Source of the DNA: a virus
Taxonomy: Duplodnaviria > Caudoviricetes
DNA: 64,000 bases
IMG/VR virus record: IMGVR_UViG_3300029267_004155
Direction: 5' to 3' (one strand)
Below, piece by piece: positions 40,049 through 47,309 of this stretch. The notes beneath the pieces were generated by a model. That model searched no databases, was not told the origin of the DNA, and was given only the letters and a program-made list of their open reading frames with translations. The translations under genes were made by a program, and so were the position numbers. The stretch's first letter is position 1. Every line of letters starts with the position of its first letter.

Positions 40049-40129
40049 ATGTACTCAATGAACCCGATGGCCAGACACGAAGCGATCGAGCAGCCCGCGA
40101 ACGCGGGTGCCGGGGGTGCTGTGTTCTGA
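40049..40129 (+). CDS. Attenuator leader peptide 2 (MYSMNPMARHEAIEQPANAGAGGAVF)
   Basis: AAGGAG RBS; TATGATAAT upstream; codons match operon-2 tRNAs. Confidence 0.82.
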   Translation: MYSMNPMARHEAIEQPANAGAGGAVF

Positions 40130-40186
40130 CCCTGATAGGTCCAAGGACCCCCGGCACCCCGAAAAGGGCGTCGGGGGTTTTTCTTT
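40105..40186 (+). terminator. Attenuator 2 antiterminator/terminator switch
   Basis: GGGTGCCGGGGGT (40105-40117) is a perfect 13-bp complement of ACCCCCGGCACCC (40147-40159); hairpin + U-tract. Confidence 0.9.
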
Positions 40187-40222
40187 GGAGTCGAGAGAAG
40201 GAGGGCGAGTCACGAGCAGGAC

Positions 40223-40300
40223 GGGCCGGTAGCTCAGTTGGCTAAGAGCACCTGACTTGCAATCAGGATGTCCAGGGTTCGATCCCCTGTCGGTCCACCA
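40223..40300 (+). tRNA. tRNA-Ala(UGC)
   Basis: Cloverleaf, G3:U70, CCA. Confidence 0.92.
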
Positions 40301-40311
40301 ACAATTCAGAT

Positions 40312-40389
40312 GCGCCTCGGAGCTCGGTCAGGAAGAGCGCCCGGTCGTGGCCCGGGAGGCCGCGGGTTCGAGTCCCGTCGGGGCGCCCA
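40312..40389 (+). tRNA. tRNA-His(GUG)
   Basis: 8-bp acceptor with G-1:C73; C33. Confidence 0.85.
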
Positions 40390-40398
40390 GGATCATGC

Positions 40399-40476
40399 GG
40401 TGGCGTAGCTTAGTTGGCCGAAAGCGCTGTCCTGTCACGGCAGAGAACGAGGGTTCAAATCCCTTCGTCACCGCCA
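40399..40476 (+). tRNA. tRNA-Asp(GUC)
   Basis: Cloverleaf, GCCA. Confidence 0.9.
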
Positions 40477-40483
40477 ATATCAC

Positions 40484-40559
40484 GGCCACGTAGCTCAGCG
40501 GCAGGAGCGTCCGGTCCACACCCGGATGGTCGAAGGTTCGAGTCCTTCCGTGGTCACCA
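40484..40559 (+). tRNA. tRNA-Val(CAC)
   Basis: Cloverleaf; C33. Confidence 0.87.
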
Positions 40560-40565
40560 GTTCGA

Positions 40566-40639
40566 TGCCCGGTGGTGTAATGGCAGCACAGCTGGTTCTG
40601 GCCCAGTCGGTCAGGGTTCGAGTCCTTGCCGGGCAGCCA
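40566..40639 (+). tRNA. tRNA-Gln(CUG)
   Basis: Cloverleaf, U1-A72. Confidence 0.9.
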
Positions 40640-40647
40640 GATATCGA

Positions 40648-40724
40648 GCGCCCGTAGCTCAGGGGATACGAGCAGCGCACTTCTAATGCGCGGGTCGAAG
40701 GTTCGAATCCTTCCGGGCGTGCCA
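40648..40724 (+). tRNA. tRNA-Arg(UCU)
   Basis: Cloverleaf, GCCA. Confidence 0.9.
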
Positions 40725-40726
40725 AT

Positions 40727-40803
40727 GGGCGGTTAGTTCAGATGGCTAGAACGTCAGCTCGACATGCTGAAGGTTGCGAGTTCGAGTCTCGCACCGCCCA
40801 CCA
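40727..40803 (+). tRNA. tRNA-Val(GAC)
   Basis: Cloverleaf; C33. Confidence 0.88.
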
Positions 40804-40834
40804 TCAGTCAAGGAGAGAGGCGAGAGCAACATGT

Positions 40835-40911
40835 CGGCCCATAGCTCAGTTGGTAAGAGCGAACGGCTGATAACCGTTAGGTCGGAGGTTCGATTCCTCC
40901 TGGGCCGACCA
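40835..40911 (+). tRNA. tRNA-Ile(GAU)
   Basis: Cloverleaf, CCA. Confidence 0.92.
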
Positions 40912-40925
40912 ACAATTGAATATGT

Positions 40926-41000
40926 GTCCCCATCGTCTAGCGGCCAGGATGCGAGGCCCTCAACCTCGTGACGCCGGTTCGAGTCCGGCTGGGGATGCCA
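40926..41000 (+). tRNA. tRNA-Glu(CUC)
   Basis: Cloverleaf, GCCA. Confidence 0.9.
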
Positions 41001-41112
41001 GGATTGAGGGCTGCAATATGGCCGGAAAGCAAGTCGCGGGCTTTGCCGAGTTCCAAGACGCGCAGAAGCGGGTAGACGGCAGTCCTGGGGGAGCGGCAAA
41101 CTCCCCCGAACT

Positions 41113-41189
41113 CGGGATGTGGCTCAGTCTGGTAGAGCGTCCGGCTGGGGGCCGGAAGGTCGCAGGTTCGATTCCTGCCATCCCGACCA
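41113..41189 (+). tRNA. tRNA-Pro(GGG)
   Basis: Cloverleaf, C1-G72. Confidence 0.92.
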
Positions 41190-41199
41190 TAGACTTGAG

Positions 41200-41278
41200 A
41201 GCGGGGTGAATGTCGATTTGGTAAGACGCCAGGCTCATAACCTGGAGCATGTGGGTTCAACTCCCACCCCCGCCACCA
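41200..41278 (+). tRNA. Initiator-like tRNA-fMet(CAU)
   Basis: A1.C72 mismatch, TTCAA T loop, irregular D arm. Confidence 0.75.
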
Positions 41279-41343
41279 ATATCGGGACGTGACGAGCGGT
41301 TTGACTCCGTCGCCTGAAGCGTGAATGGGCAAGCGTCCCACTT

Positions 41344-41418
41344 GGCCCCATCGTCTAGTGGCAAGGACGTCGGGTTTTCATCCCGGAGACGGGGGTTCGA
41401 TTCCCCCTGGGGCTACCA
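41344..41418 (+). tRNA. tRNA-Glu(UUC)
   Basis: Cloverleaf, CCA. Confidence 0.9.
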
Positions 41419-41426
41419 GTTTTAGA

Positions 41427-41498
41427 TGGCCCGTAGCTCAGCGGTAGAGCATGCGACTCATAATTGCGGGGTCCTCGGTTCAATCCCGAGCGGGCCAA
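41427..41498 (+). tRNA. tRNA with CAU anticodon (probable Ile2), no encoded CCA
   Basis: Cloverleaf; ends ACTA. Confidence 0.75.
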
Positions 41499-41667
41499 CT
41501 AGTTTTTTGTTGCGATGATGGCCGGTACCGGCGAGGGAAAGTCATCAGATGGGCGCCAACCGGGTATTGCTCGGAAGAAGGCACTGTCGGAAATCGGTGG
41601 TGGGGTGACGTCCGAAGCCGCCGTTCGCCGACGCCCGTTCCGTCTGGCGGCGGCCGCGACATCTTAT

Positions 41668-41744
41668 CGGGATGTGGCTCAGTCTGGTAGAGCGCCTCGT
41701 TCGGGGCGAGGAAGCCGGAGGTTCAAATCCTCTCATCCCGACCA
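41668..41744 (+). tRNA. tRNA-Pro(CGG)
   Basis: Cloverleaf, CCA. Confidence 0.92.
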
Positions 41745-41749
41745 GTTTT

Positions 41750-41826
41750 CGGGCGGTGGCGCAGTTTGGAAGCGCGCGGCGTTTGGGGCGCTGAGGTCGC
41801 CGGTTCGAGCCCGGCCCGCCCGACCA
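41750..41826 (+). tRNA. tRNA-Pro(UGG)
   Basis: Cloverleaf, CCA. Confidence 0.9.
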
Positions 41827-42006
41827 GTCTCGGGATGTGTCCAGACGTGGAGAAACTGGACCGCAAAAACAAAAAACTCTCGCAGTAACGAGACCCGAAA
41901 GGGATAGGAAGTGAGGAAACTGCGTCAACAACACTCGGCCTCCGTAGCTCTGGGCGCTTACACCTACGGACCTTTTCGCAGGCAGGAAGATGGAGGAAGA
42001 CGATTG

Positions 42007-42894
42007 ATGGACCTGATAGTGGAAACCGACATCGGGCACGATCCCGACGACTACTTCACGCTGTGCCACCTGCACGCCGCGGGTGTCAGGATCAGGGCGA
42101 TCCTCGTCTCTCCCGGACACCGGTACCAGGTCGCCATCGCGAGGGCCTTCTGCGCGGAGGTCGGCCTGGATGTCCCTGTCGGGATCGCGAAGGAGACGAG
42201 CGTCGTCAAGACCGGAGGGACGTCGTTCCACATGGCGCTCCTGAGGAAGATGGGACATCCGACCGAGGCGGACCCCGACGGCTTCGGCCACGAGCTTCTG
42301 GGCGGGGTTCTCGAGGACCATCCGGACAGCGACGTCTTCATCTGCGGGCCGGTGAAGAACGTGGGCCGCTACATGATCGAGCATCCGGAGAGGGAGTTCG
42401 GGCGGGTCACGATGCAGGGTGGCTTTCTGGGATACGACCTTCATGGCCATGACGTCGAGAGGCTTCCCAAGTTCAAGGGCAAGGTGGCCGTGCCTACCTT
42501 CAACTTGAACGGGTCGAAGGACGAGGGCTTGTTCCTGGCGTCGCGGGCGAAGGTCGGGGACCTGAGGTTCGTCGGCAAGAACGTCTGTCACACGATCCTG
42601 TACGACAGGGCGAGGCACGAGTGGATGAGGCGCAGGAAGCCTTCCTGCCGGGCGATGGAGCTGTTCATGGAAGGCATGGACCTCTATCTCTACGGGAAGA
42701 GGCACCGGGAGAAGAAGTTCCACGACCCGACCGCTGCCGTGTGCCATCTGCATCCCGAGATCGGGACCTGGGTTGGCGGAAGGTTGTACCGGGAGGGAGG
42801 CTGGTGGGGGACGAAGGTCGAGGAGGGGACGAACACCAGGGTCTTGGCCGATGTTGACCGGGAGGGGCTTTGGGACTTTATCAGAGGGTGTTAG
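42007..42894 (+). CDS. Inosine/uridine-preferring nucleoside hydrolase family protein
   Basis: ETDIGHDPDD, GPVKN, MQGG, TFN, FHDP motifs. Confidence 0.85.
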   Translation: MDLIVETDIGHDPDDYFTLCHLHAAGVRIRAILVSPGHRYQVAIARAFCAEVGLDVPVGIAKETSVVKTGGTSFHMALLRKMGHPTEADPDGFGHELLGGVLEDHPDSDVFICGPVKNVGRYMIEHPEREFGRVTMQGGFLGYDLHGHDVERLPKFKGKVAVPTFNLNGSKDEGLFLASRAKVGDLRFVGKNVCHTILYDRARHEWMRRRKPSCRAMELFMEGMDLYLYGKRHREKKFHDPTAAVCHLHPEIGTWVGGRLYREGGWWGTKVEEGTNTRVLADVDREGLWDFIRGC

Positions 42895-42913
42895 GGCCCG
42901 TCCGGCCATGGAT

Positions 42914-42987
42914 TGCCCCGTGGTGTAATGGCAGCACAAGTGTCTTTGGAGCACTCGGTTCTGGTTCGAGTCCAGGCGGGGCAGCCA
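42914..42987 (+). tRNA. tRNA-Gln(UUG)
   Basis: Cloverleaf, GCCA. Confidence 0.9.
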
Positions 42988-43049
42988 TCTCCTGGGCGCG
43001 GGCAGGCCGGGGCCGGCCTCGATCCCCGTCGGAAAAACCGAGAGGTCGC

Positions 43050-43078
43050 TTGGCAAATTCGGGCGAGCGGCGTATAAT
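43050..43078 (+). promoter_or_regulatory. Sigma70-like promoter of tRNA operon 3
   Basis: TTGGCA-17 nt-TATAAT. Confidence 0.75.
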
Positions 43079-43102
43079 AAGGCAACGAAAGGCAACTACG
43101 TC

Positions 43103-43186
43103 ATGCTGACGGGAACCACAACGAAAGACAATACCTGGGGCGGCAAGCCCGCCCACGGGGGTCTTTCGCTTGGAGTTCAAGCGTAG
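43103..43186 (+). CDS. Attenuator leader peptide 3 (MLTGTTTKDNTWGGKPAHGGLSLGVQA)
   Basis: GAAAGG RBS; codons match operon-3 tRNAs. Confidence 0.8.
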   Translation: MLTGTTTKDNTWGGKPAHGGLSLGVQA

Positions 43187-43243
43187 ACGGTGGCGAGCGC
43201 GCTGTGAGACCCCCGGCCCGAAAGGGCGCGGGGGTTTTTCTTT
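43156..43243 (+). terminator. Attenuator 3 antiterminator/terminator switch
   Basis: CGGGGGTCT (43156-43164) is complementary to AGACCCCCG (43207-43215); GAAA-loop hairpin + U-tract. Confidence 0.85.
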
Positions 43244-43319
43244 GCGGCAGTAGCTCAGTCGGAAGAGCACCTGCTTGCCAAGCAGGAGGCCACGGGTTCG
43301 AGCCCCGTCTGTCGCACCA
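43244..43319 (+). tRNA. tRNA-Gly(GCC)
   Basis: Cloverleaf, CCA. Confidence 0.9.
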
Positions 43320-43330
43320 GGTTTCATGAT

Positions 43331-43407
43331 AGGTCCGTAGCTCAATCGGCTAGAGCACCGGTCTCCAAAACCGGCGGTTCTCGGTTCGACCCCGAGCGGG
43401 CCTGCCA
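43331..43407 (+). tRNA. tRNA-Trp(CCA)
   Basis: Cloverleaf, GCCA. Confidence 0.92.
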
Positions 43408-43411
43408 AGAA

Positions 43412-43487
43412 CGGCTCGTAGCTCAGTTGGTAGAGCATCCGCCTTTTAAGCGGAACGCCGAGGGTTCGAGTCCCTCCGAGCCGACCA
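43412..43487 (+). tRNA. tRNA-Lys(UUU)
   Basis: Cloverleaf, CCA. Confidence 0.92.
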
Positions 43488-43568
43488 GAAATTCGGAGCG
43501 AGTGGAAAACCTTGCTCGTTCGGCAATGTAGGGTGGAGACGAGGTTCAACAGAAGGAGATGTGATCGA

Positions 43569-43642
43569 GGTTCCGTAGCTTAGAGGTAGAGCGGGCGGCT
43601 CGGACCGCGTGGCCGCAGGTTCGAGCCCTGCCGGGACCTCCA
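43569..43642 (+). tRNA. Aberrant tRNA with 6-nt anticodon loop (CTCGGA; possibly Arg(UCG)-derived)
   Basis: Intact acceptor, D and T arms and CCA; short anticodon loop. Confidence 0.6.
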
Positions 43643-43663
43643 ACTCGACAGGAGAGTCTATTC

Positions 43664-43740
43664 GCACCCGTAGCTCAGTTGGCTAGAGCGGCTGACTCTT
43701 AATCAGCAGGTTCTCGGTTCGAACCCGAGCGGGTGTGCCA
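43664..43740 (+). tRNA. tRNA-Lys(CUU)
   Basis: Cloverleaf, GCCA. Confidence 0.92.
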
Positions 43741-43751
43741 ACAATTCAGAT

Positions 43752-43847
43752 GCCGATGTGGTGTAATGGTAGCACACCGGGTAAACCGGAGGTTTTCCTC
43801 GATCAGCGCGCGTAGTCGAGGCGGTTCAAGTCCAGACATCGGCTCCA
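43752..43847 (+). ncRNA. Thr-like tRNA derivative with shortened anticodon arm and extra hairpin
   Basis: GCCGATG/CATCGGC-TCCA acceptor; CCGG-GTAAA-CCGG; inserted CCTCGA...TCGAGG stem. Confidence 0.6.
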
Positions 43848-43965
43848 ACAACTTAGGCGACACCTGCCTGTCCGAAGAAGGTCCGGCGACGAGCGGGGAC
43901 GAACCCGTGGACGACCAGGCTGGAGGAGAAGTGGTGTGACTCGGGTGAGAGCAGGCCCGCATTAA

Positions 43966-44042
43966 GCCCGGATAGCTCAGTGGCTAAGAGCAGCCGATTC
44001 GTAATCGGCAGGTCGAGGGTTCGAGTCCCTCTCTGGGCTCCA
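43966..44042 (+). tRNA. tRNA-Thr(CGU)
   Basis: Cloverleaf, CCA. Confidence 0.92.
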
Positions 44043-44045
44043 GAC

Positions 44046-44119
44046 TCCCCCATGGTGTAATGGTAGCACGTAGGACTGTTAATCCTTTGGTCCTGGTTCG
44101 AGTCCAGGTGGGGGAACCA
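44046..44119 (+). tRNA. tRNA-Asn(GUU)
   Basis: Cloverleaf, CCA. Confidence 0.9.
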
Positions 44120-44169
44120 ACTCAAGCCGGGTCGACGAGATCGGCCGTCAGGGAAAAGGAGGCAGGGAC

Positions 44170-45612
44170 ATGAAGAGGGAAGAGACGATTCGGAAGCTGT
44201 ACGAGTGCGTTCAGACGCGTCCGCGTCCGGAGGATGTTGCCGAGGTCGTGCTGGAGGCATTGCTTCCGCGGCTGTCGCTGGCCCAGAGGAACGTCTTGAA
44301 GCAGGCGACCAGGATCTCGACGAGGAGCCACCTCCTGGGCTACTCGTCCATGGCCGCGGACTTCCATCGCCCGACGGGCATGGAGAAGCCGGTCAAGGTG
44401 GCGTCCGAGCTCTTCTCCGTTCCGATGCTGTCGGTGGAGGAGTGCCTCGACCCGGAGAGGGTGGAGGTCTTCGTCCAGGGCGTGTCGTCGGCCATCGGCA
44501 AGAGCTACGGGCAGTCCGACTTCCTGAAGCACCGGATGAACCGGGAGCAGCGGGCGCAGGCGGGCCTCGACATGGGGCACCGCGCCTACAACAAGCGCTT
44601 CAGGCTCCTGGGCCGGATGGAGTCCAAGCTCCTGAGGATGGTCCGCGAGCGGAAGAAGTACGTCCTGACCCGGATCGGCAAGAGCGGCTTCGCCGTGGAG
44701 ATCGACTTCGACGACTTCTCCGCCGACCTGGGCACGGCCTGCTTCGTGGCGTACATGAGCGCGAGGATGAGCCTTCGGAGCACCTTCACGAACGACTCCC
44801 AGGTTCGGGCCTTCGACGTGGTGGCCAAGATGCTGTACGACCGCCTGACCAAGTCCAACACGGCCAGGTGGGACGTCGTGGCCGCCGTCTATCCGGTGGA
44901 CAGGGTCCTGAGGCTCCTGACGGACTACCAGAAGGGCGCCATGCTCGCGAGGGCGTGGGGTCTCCTGGAGGACGCGTGCGACCTTCTCACGGAGGTCTGG
45001 GAGGGTTCCGGCGGCGGCATCGACCTGGAGAGGATGGTGGTGCGGCGCGGGTGCGACTCGTCGACGTGGAACCAGTCGGCCGGCGGGTGGAACAAGGCCC
45101 GGGACCACTGGGTGTCGATGCTTCACGCCATGGGCATGGGCTCCATGCTTGAGGCCCTGTGCCCGGGCAAGGTCATGAGGCTGATGGCGGCGGACGTGGT
45201 CCGTTGGCACCTGGCCTCGGGCGGCGACGTCCATCCGGGGACCAAGGTGTGGGCTGAGCTTCCGTACCCGTGGGACGTCGTCGCGGGCAAGGAGCGGTGC
45301 ACGAAGGAGATGGTGGTGGCCGCGTGCGAGAGGCACGGCGTCGAGCCGGCGTCCTGGGTCGGGCCGAGGAGGCGTGCCCGGGCCGTGGAGTTCACGCCGA
45401 CCCCCGAGCTGGTGCACGGCGTCGCCGTGTCGAGCCCGGGACTGGCTCTCGCCCTGCGGAGGGCCGGGGTCTTCTCGGCCAAGGCCCTCAGGGCCGAGCA
45501 TCTCCCGGCCGGCGGCTTCCATGTCGACAGGGACGGCGACGGCTTCGCGCTCGGGGCGACCGACGCGAATTCTCACGGGTCGGGCCGGAAGGTCCGGGCC
45601 GCGGGCGTATAG
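44170..45612 (+). CDS. 480-aa helical protein of unknown function at the end of the tRNA array
   Basis: AGGAGG RBS; motif-rich C-terminus (DSSTWN, CPGKVMRLMAADV, PTPELVHGV). Confidence 0.8.
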   Translation: MKREETIRKLYECVQTRPRPEDVAEVVLEALLPRLSLAQRNVLKQATRISTRSHLLGYSSMAADFHRPTGMEKPVKVASELFSVPMLSVEECLDPERVEVFVQGVSSAIGKSYGQSDFLKHRMNREQRAQAGLDMGHRAYNKRFRLLGRMESKLLRMVRERKKYVLTRIGKSGFAVEIDFDDFSADLGTACFVAYMSARMSLRSTFTNDSQVRAFDVVAKMLYDRLTKSNTARWDVVAAVYPVDRVLRLLTDYQKGAMLARAWGLLEDACDLLTEVWEGSGGGIDLERMVVRRGCDSSTWNQSAGGWNKARDHWVSMLHAMGMGSMLEALCPGKVMRLMAADVVRWHLASGGDVHPGTKVWAELPYPWDVVAGKERCTKEMVVAACERHGVEPASWVGPRRRARAVEFTPTPELVHGVAVSSPGLALALRRAGVFSAKALRAEHLPAGGFHVDRDGDGFALGATDANSHGSGRKVRAAGV

Positions 45613-45625
45613 TAGGAGTGGATGC

Positions 45626-45787
45626 AGGTGTGTAGCTCAGTGGTAGAGCGTCCCGGCTCTTTTTCCGGGAGGACGCAGGTTCGAGCCCTGCCTCACCTGC
45701 CAATCTTGTCTCGACGTAGCTCAGTGGTAGAGCGTCCCGGCTCTTTTTCCGGGAGGACGCAGGTTCGAGCCCTGTCGTTCGAGGCCA
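45626..45787 (+). ncRNA. Two tandem near-identical tRNA-like RNAs with an 8-nt CUCUUUUU loop
   Basis: 59-nt duplication (45632-45690 and 45716-45774); both end in GCCA. Confidence 0.7.
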
Positions 45788-46366
45788 TTTGGTTTTCGAC
45801 CCCTGTCGGTTCGACTCCGACGTCCGGCTCCTATACTAGTTGCACGGGAGGCGGCCACACCGGTTGGAAGGGTGGGCCCGGGGGTCTTTCTTGACGTCCC
45901 CGGCTCAATGGAGAGCTGGGCACTTGTGGCGCCCAGACGCCAGTTCGATTCTGGCAGGGGCTCCATCCTCCGTTCCGCGTCCCTGGTCCGAGCCCGAGGG
46001 CAGGCCGCGTCTTTCTTCTCCTCCTTGGCGGCGTATAATCCCATGACGAATCATGGAGGGCGCTGACGACGTAGAATGGGATGGAGAGCTTTGCGGACTG
46101 GTGGCGGTAGCCAGAGAGCGAGAACAAGGAGATGCGAGATGATCTATCGGGGCAAATGGTTCACGGTGAGGGTCGAGGAGCTGGCGGAGGTTGGCGTCTC
46201 GACGTCGCAGGGGAACAAGGGTGAGGTCGTGCGCGGGCTGCACGTGACGCACAGGTCGGGGACGCAGAACCGGACGTCTTACGCCGACGAGGCGGAGCTC
46301 ATGAGGGACTACGAGGGGCTCGCCGCGGCCATGGAGAAGGTGGACGACAAGTAGGAGGGGAGAGCC

Positions 46367-47005
46367 ATGTTCGACGGAGTCAAGCTGTCGAAGAAGTTCC
46401 TGTCCAGGCGAGACACGTTCTTCGTGTCGCCGTCCTGGTTCGGCTGTGGGCACTGGGCGGTCCGGAGGGAGATGCTTCTTTCCCCGGACCTTTCCGGCCT
46501 GGGAGCTGGCGGGGTGGAGCTGACGACGGGCGAGATTGCCACGAAGCTCGGCCTCGAGCCTTACAGGGCGCAGTGGCATTGGAGGGAGGACGACATGTTC
46601 GAGGCCATGCTCTGCCCGGAGCCGGACGGTGCCGAGAGGTTCCGCCGGCAGGAGTGGGTGAAGGTGGGCTGCGACTCGGGTCGGAATGTCGACTCGGTCC
46701 TGTTCCAGGGGGATGACTCGGGGACCCCGTGCTTCATCGACAGGGACTTCGTCCAGACGTTCGACGTCGACGAGCTCGTGATGGGCGCCGGCGGGAAGGT
46801 CGCGATGCACGATCCGGAAAGGCGCGTCGTCATCGCCAGGAGGGTCGGGGACCTTCCGCGCGTGATGGTGACGAAGGATCGGGTCATCCGGGAGGAGGAC
46901 CTGATGGCGGCGGTCCGGGACGCGTGCGCCGAAGCGAAGCTCGATCCGGGTGTCGGTGGCCAGCTCTCGTATGCGATCGGCAGGAGGATAGGGGTGGCGG
47001 TGTGA
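46367..47005 (+). CDS. Hypothetical protein
   Basis: GGAGG RBS. Confidence 0.6.
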   Translation: MFDGVKLSKKFLSRRDTFFVSPSWFGCGHWAVRREMLLSPDLSGLGAGGVELTTGEIATKLGLEPYRAQWHWREDDMFEAMLCPEPDGAERFRRQEWVKVGCDSGRNVDSVLFQGDDSGTPCFIDRDFVQTFDVDELVMGAGGKVAMHDPERRVVIARRVGDLPRVMVTKDRVIREEDLMAAVRDACAEAKLDPGVGGQLSYAIGRRIGVAV

Positions 47006-47309
47006 CATGGCCTGGCTGTGTGTTCGAATATGCAGTCTCGTGCGTGATTTGGACCGCCGTCGGGCGCCGGCTGGCACCGAGGCTTGATTTTTCTGTGAGA
47101 TCGAGTATAATATTGACAAGAGAGGCTACCCGCGGGTCCTTAGGGGCCCGGGCTGGGGCAGTTGCCGACGACACCCCGGGATTGTGCGCCGGGATGGCAG
47201 AGGACGCGGTGTCGGTCGGGAAGCCGATCTCCAAGTTGGCCCGCCGAGAGGCGGGCCTTCCTCTTTTTGGGGATGGCCCGATGCCGGGGTGGCTCGTCGA
47301 CGCGGGCGC

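Noticed and set aside
41515-41560. RNase P RNA or hammerhead ribozyme (GAGGGAAAGTC)
   Set aside because: Too short for RNase P and lacks the 3' P4 strand; no intact CUGANGA core.
36421-43243. T-box riboswitches as the explanation for the terminators
   Set aside because: No T-box consensus or Stem I specifier seen; the antiterminator strands lie inside short ORFs with start codons.
36165-44260. ORF-track entries overlapping the tRNA genes
   Set aside because: They run through clear cloverleaf tRNAs.
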